Of a stretch of DNA of 64,000 nucleotides, positions 41,408 through 52,700 are shown piece after piece (within the stretch, counting starts at the first letter, position 1; each line of letters begins with the position of its first letter). The notes beneath the pieces are model-generated. The model had not been told where the DNA came from. It did not search any database and saw only the letters and a program-made list of their open reading frames with translations. The stretch is from NCBI GenBank assembly GCA_013239625.1, contig MU054187.1:8156358-8220357 (forward strand), written 5' to 3'. This DNA is from Lama guanicoe (lineage: Eukaryota). The position numbers and the translations under genes were made by a program.

Positions 41408-44400
41408 AAGGGGAAGTGAACATGATCAAAACAGAATTTTCCAGAAAGGGCAACTCATTCCCTTTCTTTTCAGAAAACTTCAAAACCCTGGAGAATTCTT
41501 AAAGGTTTGAGATTGTGCTTAGGCGGTGTCAGAGGTCATGCTCAGCTCAGTAGCCTCAGGCCATCTTAGGAACGCCCTAGACGGAAACTGCACCTGCAGT
41601 CTGGTCTTCTCCATGGCTCTGGCCTGACCTCCAGATGCCAGAGGGACGCTTGTGCTCAGCAAGGACACTGGTCTAAGACATTTAGCTTCTCTGAAGAGTA
41701 GAACATTCAGAAAGCAGAAACAGACAAAAACTGAGTAAAGACACTTCATTTAAGCCTTCACCTGAGAGGTCTTAAAACATAACTGACAAACGCAAGCCTG
41801 TAGCAGAGTATGCATCTGTCCATATGGCTGAGTCAGTGGAACTAAAGTCTGAGAAGAGAGGGAGGAAAGAGAACAGAAGGAGTGATGGAGAAAGAGGAGG
41901 AGGAAAGAAGAACGGGTAAAGGAAGAGAGCATGAAAGCTTAACCACAAAACTCATTTCCTTTAAAGCTGTAGGAATCATTAGGTCTGATGCCAGCAAACC
42001 CAGGTCCTCACCAAAGCATGAAATGGGTGTCACCCTGCCACTTCGGAGAAACTGTGGGTCTACTCCTGAGGGCAAGGTCCTTCACAAAAGTCCAAGGAAC
42101 CTGCCATGTCCAACTTAGCAGCCTTTCTGATCCGGGCCGCAGCCCCAGTCTCAGTCCCTCCCAGGTGATCGCAGGATGACTTGTCCTGACTAGACTCTGC
42201 GGTGATGTATGTGTACAAACAAACCTGTTCATCTCTGGATCTCAGGGGATCACTGACACCACCTTGGGACAGAAAGCAGTTGAGCTATTGGGGAGCTATT
42301 GTGCCTTTTATAAGAAGCTAGAGTATCTAGAAAAACTCTTGAGATGTTCATAAACATCAGTTAACTCTGGTCTGCAGAAAACTCGAGTTTGATGAAAGCT
42401 ACTTGCAATGGCAGCACAATGACCTGTTTTCATGGCTGGGTATCTTTTCCTTCCCCATAGCTAAGACCTTTTCCCTTCTGATGCTTTTTTTCTTACAAAA
42501 TACATTCAAGTACATGTTCTTGGTTTTCGGGTTTTAATTTTAAATATGGGCTCCATGCATCAGCAATGTACGTGTAAACTACTGGGAAATAAAACATCAT
42601 GCACATACATAAAACATCACATTATATTGCTGCAGATTAGCATGAACACCGAAGGGCCAATCCTGACGTGAGACCTGAGTCACTCTCCCGCCTCGATACC
42701 GCTGTCACTGGGTACAGAACAAATGATTTTTCCGAGAGCTTAATTTTCCCGGGATCTCTTAGGCACTTTGAGTGGAGAGGTGGGAGAGCCACAGAGGAAG
42801 GAAAGCTTGAAAAGCACATCCTTTTCTGGCACATGAGACTGGTTCAGTACCAGGAGGTTACCTCACCAACTCCACCCGATCCGTGGACTCCACCACCCAC
42901 ACCTGCTCCTCTCTCACACCCCTGTCCCCATCAGGTTTCCCACAAAAAGCAATAAACCATTTAAGGGGCACTAGAGGAGTTCAAGGACACAGAGCTACAT
43001 TCAGATCCATAAAAACACAAAAACTAAATGCAACAAACAAAAACACCTTAGTTGCTTGCCACAACCTCAACACAGCTAGTCTCCTGTAGTAGCTCCACAT
43101 AGCCTCCTTAATTGAAAGAAAAACTTCTTTCAACCTTTTAGACTCAGTCTCTGATTACCAAAGCAAAAAATCCAAATACAGAAGTGTTTCATTTTAGTTT
43201 TTTTTTTTACTTTGTAGGCATTTCTAAACTTTAGCTTTCATTAAAAAAAAAAACACAAAACCTAAAAGGAAGGGAGTGCTGAAAAATTTCTTTCGAACTC
43301 ATAATAAACATCCACAAACTATTGAAATTTAAATAGTTTAAACATACACATACATCTTAGGAGACTTTCATGAAATTCTCTAGAATACTCTGCTTTGTCA
43401 CAAATGGTTATATAAACAGATTTCTGGGTGAAAAATTGTTGTGTAAGTCAAAATGGAGTTTATAGCAAATTATCAAAATGCAATTCATTGAAGGAAATAT
43501 TAAACTAGGAAGAACTGTGGGACAAATTTGGGAGGAAAAGTTTCATTCAGAAGCTTGATTTTCCTTTGTTTCCAAAAAGTGAGATGCTACATCATGGTAT
43601 ATACAGAGATGCACTGGGGATGTCTGGATGTAATACATGTAAACCTAATGAAAGTTTTCCATTAAAAATTACTTCTGGTGTACTCATGAAGTATTTAAAT
43701 TGAAGAATCAAATAAACACATATCATGTGAGGTTCTAGCTTCCTAAATATAACTCTGACTCTCTAGTGAGGTGGAAGTTTATAAATAAGTAAGTACCAGG
43801 TTGAATCTCTCCACAGAAGTCTTGGATCTACCCAAGTAACCAGAATTCTCTGGCAACAGGGCAAATCACAGGGGGCAAGTCAAATTTCTATCAGCTCCTT
43901 TTTACCTTCTCTCTGTCATGAAAAGCTGCACTGATTTACTTTTAGATAAAAGAAAAAGTAGCACATATTAAGGCCACATTTGGTAGAGTTTGCATTTATA
44001 CTTCATGATAACCTACTGATACTATACTTTGTCAGATCCTGTTGATATAAATTTGAACGGAACTTGACAAATTCTGTTAAGCTGGAAAAGTGTCTGAATT
44101 ATATGTATCTGCCAGGAAGGAAAAAAAATGCAAAAACTGAAATGCGTTTCAAAATAAAAATACCAGATTGCATGTACTTTTCATTTTATAGCCCTAGGCT
44201 TTGCCATCTAACCTTCATTTGGATAAAGATGCACAAGTTCTATCAAGATATTTGTTTCCTTTTGTAGCTGAGATTTATTTAAATGTGTCATTTTTTTAAT
44301 GTCCAGATGGATTTTTTTTTTGAGGCAAAAAAATTTTTTCCAGGATATATCTAGATGACTTAGCTACCCACAAAGTAATTTTTATGATGTGTTATATCTA

Positions 44401-47400
44401 TCATGCAATGTTTAGGTTTTTGTTACAGATGTATTTTCTGTTTTTAAAAATGCAACAATATGTATACACTATTGAATAAATGCACTTTGGAATAACAATG
44501 ATTTCATAAAGATTTACTAAATTTAATAAATATTCCTTCCATGGTAAATAACATCAACAAATAACATTTCTCTATTTAAACGTTTACTGAATATAACATT
44601 TACATATTATTCTTTTCTCCCTTGACAAATGTGGAAGCTATTCCACTTTCCATACAGATTCACTGGTATGTTTAAGGGAATGTCATTACAAAGCTATTTA
44701 CTTAATTTCTTAGTCCCCCAAAAAAATGAAGGAAAGAAAGAAACGTATTTGGAGTCTATAAATATGTGTTAAAATGATGTGCTATGTGATGATATATATA
44801 CACATTCAAAGTATTATATATTAAGATTAAAGCTTTTCTCGACTATGTTTATTCAACAGAACTCACTCAGAAGATAATCTGTGAATTAGAACCATTTAGT
44901 GCATACCTTCAGTTTACAAGTAAAAATACACACACATGTAATATTGCTTCCTTCAAGCAAATTAAGAAGTAAAGCAAAATACTAAAAGGAAAAAATATGA
45001 GATAAAATTGTCATGTCCCAGAAATGGATTTGGTGAAATGACTATATTCTGTGTATCCACACCCTCTAAACACTTTTCTAAAAGAGTGGGGCTTTCTTTA
45101 GCAAATATGTTTTTTAAAGAATAGTCCTTTTAAAACATTGCATTTCAGGTGATACATTTTAGGTATTAAACAGATTCCTACTCTTTTTCTGAATAATCTA
45201 ATTTGCTCATTTGGAAAACAATTTGTAAAAGAATTATTCATTGTTCTTATGCATAAATTTTAAACATAATTCACCACACATGACCAAATTATTTCCAAAG
45301 TGTATACAGAAAGAAAAGAATACTAAACTTTCCCCTGCCTACATGTGAGAGCTTGTCAGCATTCAACTCCAAGGCCTTTAATCCCAGGCTTTAAATAATT
45401 CAGATAACAGTTGATTACTCCATTGCAAGAAGCGTTGAGTTCTGCAGAATCTGAGTAACACAATATTTTCTACATAAAAAAGCCAATCTCTGAATAGCAG
45501 GCATTTAAGTAAAACACTTCCTGAGACCAAGCCATGCAACCCATTTTTGCATTTACTGCATAAACTCTGGTAAATACCACTGGAGTTTACTACCAAGTAA
45601 TTCTGCATTCTTGCTTTCATTACCAAGCCATCTAGTTCTACAGCTTAATTTGCTGAAGTCACAATCCTCCATCCATACATTTTCTGGGTTTAAAGGCTTC
45701 TTTGAATCATAACAAGTGAAATGGTTAGTTATGTTACACAGGAATCCAAAACTGCACACAAACGAAAATTTTAACTTAAAAGCATACTGCTTTGACATTC
45801 ACTTCTATTTCTTTAGGAAAATAATTGTTTCATGCCTTTTGACAACCAAGATTCAGTATCTGCTGCCTCTGTTCACTTGTACACACCAGCCATTACAAAA
45901 GAGCTTTGCTCCTTTGGCTAAATTACAACCTGAGTAATGTAAAACAGACAGAAACACAGAGAAATATTAGCTTCCAACCCCAAATCAAAAGGCGACAAAA
46001 TTTTGCCATCAAAACTGTCTAGCTGAGTTCCCAATGAATTAAATTCACCCACAAAGCTGATGTATGTAGCACTTGGCTTTGATGTATGAGTGTCCATGTA
46101 TGTCTGAGCCTGTGTTCACAATTATCATGTAACCAGATAAATGAAAGAAATACAATTAGGTTACAAACATCAAAAAAAATCTCTGTAAGAATTATCAAAG
46201 TTGCTCAAAGAACCCACTGATTTCAGTGGCATGGAACATTCTGAACCATTTTCTTCTCTAAAACTTTTCATCACAACTTTCCCTTAAAACCTTGCCTAAG
46301 CGCAGGAATAATCGGTTCCTCTTCATCCTAGCAAGCAAGTTTACTCTTTTAATACCTCCGGACTGAAACACCATGAAGTACAAAATCTAGACTTCATTCA
46401 GTACCACCAATAAGCACCACATTTGACTACTGCTCATACCATTTGGAAACCAGTGCTCACATGACGACTGGCCTGACACCTCATCCATCAGCAGGGTGCC
46501 CAGAGCAGGGCTGGACAGTCTTCTCTGCGCCATCTCCAGAGTGGAGGCCCAGCTGAGAAACAGGCTTCTCTTCCAATAGCAATTAGATCTTGAAGATCAG
46601 GCCTTAGCAATTTGACCTAAAGCCATCCTTCCTCGCCACAAAGTCTCCAACATCTTCAGAGGAAGAGACGGGGAGTAAGGCAAATGAGAAATCCAGGTCT
46701 CCGTGGCCTGATTAGAAACTTTGTTGTGTCAAATAAACTTTGGCCACTGGAGGAAAGTACCCTATGGTTGCTCTGGCTTTAGAAAGATCTGTCCAGGGCT
46801 TCTCAATCTTCTTTTCACCTCTCTCCCTCTCCCTCTCCCCTCTTCTCTTGTTTCAAAAGGGGCCTCTGGTCAGCGCTGATTAATAAGTGTTTTTTGTTGT
46901 GAAGTGTTGAATAATAGAGGATGGCCGGTGACCCAGTAAAGACTAAACCTTGCTCTGGTTTATTGTGGCAAGCTGAGAAAGGGGCTTTAGGCCCGGGACC
47001 CCAAGCACTGACCCGCACACATCCCGCGGATCGCCTATTCATTCTCACAGCCCTACAGTCGCCCAGGCTCCCATTGTTTGCCAAGCAACAATGGAGATTT
47101 CGCAGGGAAAGTAAAGCTCTTTTCAGATCCCTCTCTGATGTTTTGCATTTAGGGAAACACCGACCTCCACTTTTTTCCCGACATTTTTCCTCACGGCAGT
47201 TTAAAACTGTTGGTTTTCGGGGAAACTTGTGTGAGTTTGACGCTTGTTCGCCAAACGCCAGTGTTGGGAGGCAAGACGAGTGGAAAGAGGAGAGCCCCGG
47301 AGATTCCCCCTTTTTTTTTTTTCTGAAATGCATTTAGAGGACGGAAGCTGCCTCTAGGGAGACAGGCGAAAGGGGGGAGGGGAGAAGAAAAAGAAAAGAA

Positions 47401-47404
47401 AAAG

Positions 47405-48620
47405 CAGCCTCGCGGGGTAGCCGGGGCGGCGGGGGCTTCGGGGCGGCGAGGCGGGCGGCCAGGCCCGCGGCTCCTGGAGGCCGGCCGGGGAGTGGCGGGT
47501 CCGGCTCGGCGCCGGCAAGCAAACCGCGCCGTCGCTGCTCCCTTGCCCCCTTTCGCCCTTCTCCCCCGCGCCACGCTCCGCGCCTCCGGTCCCGCGCCCT
47601 AGGCGGCCCCGCAGGCCCCGGCGACCCTGCCCGGGCGCGCTCCGGGGCCGACGAGGCCGGGCGGGGGCGCGGCGGGAGAGGGACCAGGGCCCCGCAGGCC
47701 TGGGCCGCGTCTCCGCCTCCGAGAGACTTACTTCTGCTTTGCTTTTCTGCACCCGGCCCGGGGCTGCCTTCCTAAGTTTTCCGTCGGCCCGGGGAGCCGG
47801 CTCCCTCAGGGCCGGCCCGGGGCGGGGGCACGCCGGTGGGGGCGGCGGGGCCAGGCCTGGTCGCGCGGAGACTCGCCGGGCCTGCTTGGGCCTGGGCCGC
47901 TCTCGCCGCCTCGCCTCGGAGGCCCCCGAGCGGCCCGTCGCCCCCGCCCCGGGACCGGCCGAGCGGACCCGCAGCCCCTGAAGACACGGCTGCCTCGAGA
48001 CCGAAGGCCTCGGCTTGCCCCGAACGCGCGCGAGCCGCCCGACGCGTGCCAACAAGGGTCGGGAGGTCAGCGGGGCGGCCGAGAAAGGCCGGATGAGCGT
48101 GGGGAGCGGGCCGCTCCCCGCGTTGCCAAAGGAGTGGGAAGTCCGCTGGGGGTTCGCGCGGCCCGGGGGAGGCAAAGGGCGCGGGCTCGCGAGACCCGAG
48201 TCGCAGGCTGGGAGGGGGCGCCGCATGGGGCCGTGCGAGGCCGCCCTCCCGAGACAGGCCGGGTCCACGCCTTCGCGGCCGCCGGGACCTGCGGCGCTCC
48301 GGCTCCGCGTCCCCGCACGCCCCGCCGCGCGCCTCCACCTTCCCCCGGCGCGCGCCTGGGCGCGGAGCGAGGGCGAGGGCGAGGGTGAGGGGCCGCGCAG
48401 GCCGCGCGGCCTGGTGGGCGGCGGGAAGCTCGCACTGCGCCTGCCCGTTCTGCCCGGCCCGCCGCCCCGCGCTCCCCAACCGCTCCTTGACAGCTCTCAG
48501 AGCCAGGAGAGGAAGAAGAGGAGGAGGAAGGGCAGAAAGAGGAGGAGGCGGTGGCAGCGGCAGGCGGCAAACTCAGGGCAGCGGAGGGGGAGGAGGGCTC
48601 ATTGTCCGGTCCCCCTAGTC
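47405..48620. promoter_or_regulatory. Strong CpG island, probable (bidirectional) promoter
   Basis: Very high GC and CpG density, GC boxes (GGGGCGG/CCGCCCC), NRF1-like TGCGCCTGC at ~48436, then a GGA-rich leader-like tract at 48505-48600. Confidence 0.85.
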
Positions 48621-49693
48621 CAATTGATATGCTAATCCCTTTTCTGATGCCATAACAAAGAACACCTTTGCACTTTTAAAAGACTTTTGTGCCCTGGCTA
48701 CAGAAGTTTATTATCCACTAATTAGCAACAACTTCTGGCAATGAGTTGGGTTACATTTTCATAAACTCCTAGCCCGGGCGACGAGGTGCGCAGGGCAGGA
48801 GGAGGTTTGCGCGCCTGGCAAACCCGGAAAAAACCCGGGTTGGTAAGGAGTTGCCCGTTCAAATTCCTGGGCCGAGGGCGGGAGGTGGCGGTCGAACGCT
48901 CTGTTCTCCAAATGGACCGAAAAGGGCCCACAGAAAGGTTCTTTGGGCGGGAGACTGAGCGATCCTGGTCCCAGGTTGTTAGATGACCTTATTTGATCCG
49001 ACACTGTGGCCAACGTCCGGAGAGCTGCGCGGAGGCGGTGGCTGCGGCTGCTTTGCAGGTGTCCTGGCCCAGCCATCTGTTTGGGGTGGGGGTCGAAATG
49101 TTCCAGCATTCGCCTCTGATCTGTTTAGCTTTTTTCTTTGCAACCTCTACTTAGAATAAACCGCGGACGAGGGAGCGTCCCATAAGTAGGAAACCCACCC
49201 GAAGACTGGGTTTCCTCCCAACGCCTCCCCATTGACAAGGCTGAAATTCCTCGACCAGAGAAGATGAGGGAGGCAAAGATGGCATCGCTGGAACCGGGGT
49301 GGGGTGGGGGACTTGCTGGATTAAGGCCCACCAGGGTCGTCTGAAGTGGTCGCCCCACAGAAGAGACCCTTCTGGCTAACGGGAGCCCAGAGCCGCCCCT
49401 TCCCGGCGGCCGGATGCGGTGCGCACCGCGTGACCCTGCCTCCCTCGGGCTTTGGCAAGACGTTGCCGGTCTCTAACAGTCCCACATCTCAGGTCAATAA
49501 ACTGGAAACGGATAGAATGAGCATCATCCGATGAAAGATAAAGGGCAGGGGGACGAAGTTGACTCGAGCTTCCAAGGAGAACATCGTCTCTCGCCGCTAG
49601 TAAAACAGCTAGTACAGTGAGGCCTTCGGTCTGGGCTCAACCGCAGACATGTTGTATCTTACGTAATTCGAGCCCCCAAACCTGGCATTTTGA

Positions 49694-49758
49694 ATATCTA
49701 TATATACATATAGATATATATATATATACACACACACACATACACACACACACACACA
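49694..49758. repeat. Compound (TA)n(CA)n microsatellite
   Basis: Seen directly. Confidence 0.9.
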
Positions 49759-51256
49759 GTTTTTTAAAAATTCTTTCATTTTTGGTTTTCACTTTTTGCA
49801 AGCGACCCCTTTGGAGGTATTGTTGAATTTTTCAAGCGGATGTCAGCTGGGTGCTGGTGGCCTGTGCATCCTCCTGCGGCAACAGAGGCGGCAGAGTCCG
49901 GTTTGATAAATGTTCAAGGTGAAACATGGCCCTACCCAAAACCCCAGAGTGATTTGGGGTATAAGGGCGAATACTCAAAGGCGGGAGGTGGCGAGTTAAT
50001 TTTGTTTCATTCCCTTTCGATGGAACTGCATGCGGTTATCTGCAGCCCTAACCTCTCTGGTATCCGAGTGCAATGTTTCCGAACAAGCGCTGTTAGAGCC
50101 AGAAAATGGGGGGCCAGGAGGAGGAGGGCTGAGGACTTACGGGAATATTGCTGAAGAAAATGCAAAGAAGATAACCAAGATATTAATGATACTGGATCTC
50201 ATGATCTCCCAGACTGGAATCTCAGGGGCAAGGAAATATCCCCAAATGTCTCCTCTGCAGTGGCCGTGGGTGGGGTGAGGGAGGAGGTGGGTGGTGAGTG
50301 TCGGGGAAGAGGAGGTCTCTCTTGTCACCCTCAGCCCCCTTCATTGAGGAAGAACAATAGCCGGGCCTGGGGTTTTTTCTGAAAGAGAAACTGCAGGAAG
50401 GCAGAGTTGCTCTTTGTCCCCTAGCCCTTTTGAGGAGGGGGAGCCGTACACACGAACCCCCTGACCATTGGGCGGTGTCTGCGAGATCTGGACCCCTCAG
50501 AGACTCTCTGAGAGCTTTAAAAAGAGAAGGAGAAGAAAAGAAAGAGGCGCCTACCCTCTCTCCCGGTAAGGCCCACTCAGCCTCCGGAAGAAACCCGAGC
50601 AAAACCGAGAGACCCTCAGAATTCGCCAGGCTAGGGTGGGGGGCGCGGAGGGTGAAAACCACACACTCTCCCATGGTATGTCTGCCTCCCCCCAACCCCA
50701 TCTCAACGTCTGATCATGGTTGATTCTGCTTACGTGTGTATTTCAGATTAAAGATGTATTTATTTATTTATTTAATCCTTCAGATCTTCCCACACCACAA
50801 AAAAGATTTAATTCCTTTCCAAGAAAAAGGGTTGACTTAAAAAAAGGGGGGCTCCATTTTAAAGCAATGGGGGAAATCAGATGACTGTGACCTTGACGTG
50901 TGAAATGGGGGAGGGGCGGGTAGGTTTGGGCCCAAACCCTTGGCCTCTCCATTTCTGGGGCGTCCTAGGCTCTTTCTAAAGACACCAACAAGAAGGGGGT
51001 GTATCTTCAAAGGTTACCATTAACAGTTCATTCGCTGAAGTTGGGAACTTGGTATTTTCATATTACGTGAAATACATGATTTAATTATACTCCAAAAACA
51101 AATTAAGGACAGGCCTTCTACACAAATTGGAGGCAGCTAAATGCTCTTTTGTGCCTGCAGCCCTCGGGTTGTTAAAGAGGCTGCTGATGCATGAGAAGTG
51201 AGTGAGTGATTTAACTCATTGGGATGCAGGAAGCGACCTGCCCTCTTTTGAAAAAA

Positions 51257-51412
51257 AGAGAGAGAGAGGGAGAGAGAGAGAGAGACAGAGACTGAGACTT
51301 CGAGCTGGAGAAGAGAGAGGGAGGGGAGAGGAGGGAAAGGAAGGAGAGAGAGAGAGAGAGGGAGAGAGAGAGAGAGAGAGAGAGAGAAGAGAACGCAGAG
51401 GGAGGGAGGCAG
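51257..51412. repeat. GA-rich polypurine tract / interrupted (GA)n
   Basis: ~150 bp dominated by A/G on the + strand. Confidence 0.9.
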
Positions 51413-51659
51413 GGAGACCAAACCCCCGCTTTACTGCGTTGAAAGCTTCTGAATTTCAAGCAGAAAGTAGCAGGAGCCCCACACGGCAATGAGCGTCTTT
51501 CCTTGGGCTGCGTGTGCAGAGCGTAGACAATGAAAATCTCCATCCCCTCCCCCATCCCCGCTAGGCTACAAGATTTTTGTTTTCGTTCCTTCTCAACGGT
51601 GGAAGATGTGCAAAATCAAATATATCGAGATGTGTATGTATTTTTAAAACAAACAAACC

Positions 51660-52700
51660 AAACGGGCTGAGACGCGGATTACCCAGACGCGCGCCGGCTG
51701 TAAGTACGACCTTCTCCTGCGTTAGCCGGGCTCTGCGATGCTGGCTGGGTTGGTAGTGTTCGCTTTGTGAGTCGGCAGTGTCGGTTGTGTTTTGGTGTTT
51801 TGATTCACAGGGGTTTCCTCGAAGCTTGCACTTTCCGCACGTGAGCGGGAGAAGTGTTTCGCCCGTTGTGGGCGTGCAGAGCAGGGCACTGGCTGTCTTG
51901 GATGCGGCGACTTGGAGCAGCGGGCGGGGGGCGACGGGAGGCGCCGAGTTGAGAGGTTCCCGCGTCGCGAGCATCCTTGAGAGCCTCGCGCCCGGCTCCG
52001 GGCTGCAAGGTTGGTTCCTGGCAGTGGATGGAAATCAGGTCACGGAGATCCCTAAGCTCCTGGACTACCCGACGCGCCGGGGGGACAGGATGGAATTGGA
52101 AGGAAAGATCTGAGGAGGAGCGAGGGGACGTGAGCACCCCTGGCCTAGAATGGAGTCTGGGGCCGCCGCTGGCCGGGCCCCTCGGTTTTCCGGACTTAGT
52201 CTTGCCGGGTTAGCTGGCTAGCTACCGTCGCGCCTTCGGTGGGTCTTCTATCTACACCTCAAATAAAGGATCTTCTGGTGACAGGGGCTGAGTGAAGGTG
52301 GGAGAGTGCGTCTCAGAGCGCCCTGGCGGGAGAAACTGCGGTTCCGGGGGAGGTATTTTTTCGGTCTCTTGGAAATGTGCAAGAATTCCGCGGGCCCACG
52401 CTTTCTTTGTGTGCCGGGCAGCGCCAAGCGCTTTGTGCTTCACAAGGAGAAAATGGCGAGTCCTATTGTGTTTAGGCCATTTTCTTCCGGTACAAGGATT
52501 TTCCCAAGTTCTAAACACTTCTTCGGAACGTAGCCTTCTCCTGCCCGGAAAAGTGTGCATAGCTGTAGTTCAGCCCCGTGGCCTGGGATGGGGACCGAGC
52601 TCAGACTGGGCGAGAGCCTGTTTTCTTGCCGTTGGGACACTTGTATCGAAACAAAAATGTGACCAGCTTGTGCAGGTCGACGCCCTTCAAAGATCTGCAG
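51660..52700. promoter_or_regulatory. CpG island at the probable host-gene first exon/intron
   Basis: Dense CpG; YY1-like AAAATGGCG near 52450. Confidence 0.7.

Noticed and set aside
46815..48635. Overlapping long ORFs (up to 304 aa) on both strands
   Set aside because: Arg/Pro/Gly/Ala-rich translations in several frames are expected from stop-codon depletion in a CpG island; no recognisable domain
51137..51555. ER-repeat and LS-repeat ORFs
   Set aside because: Translations of the (GA)n tract
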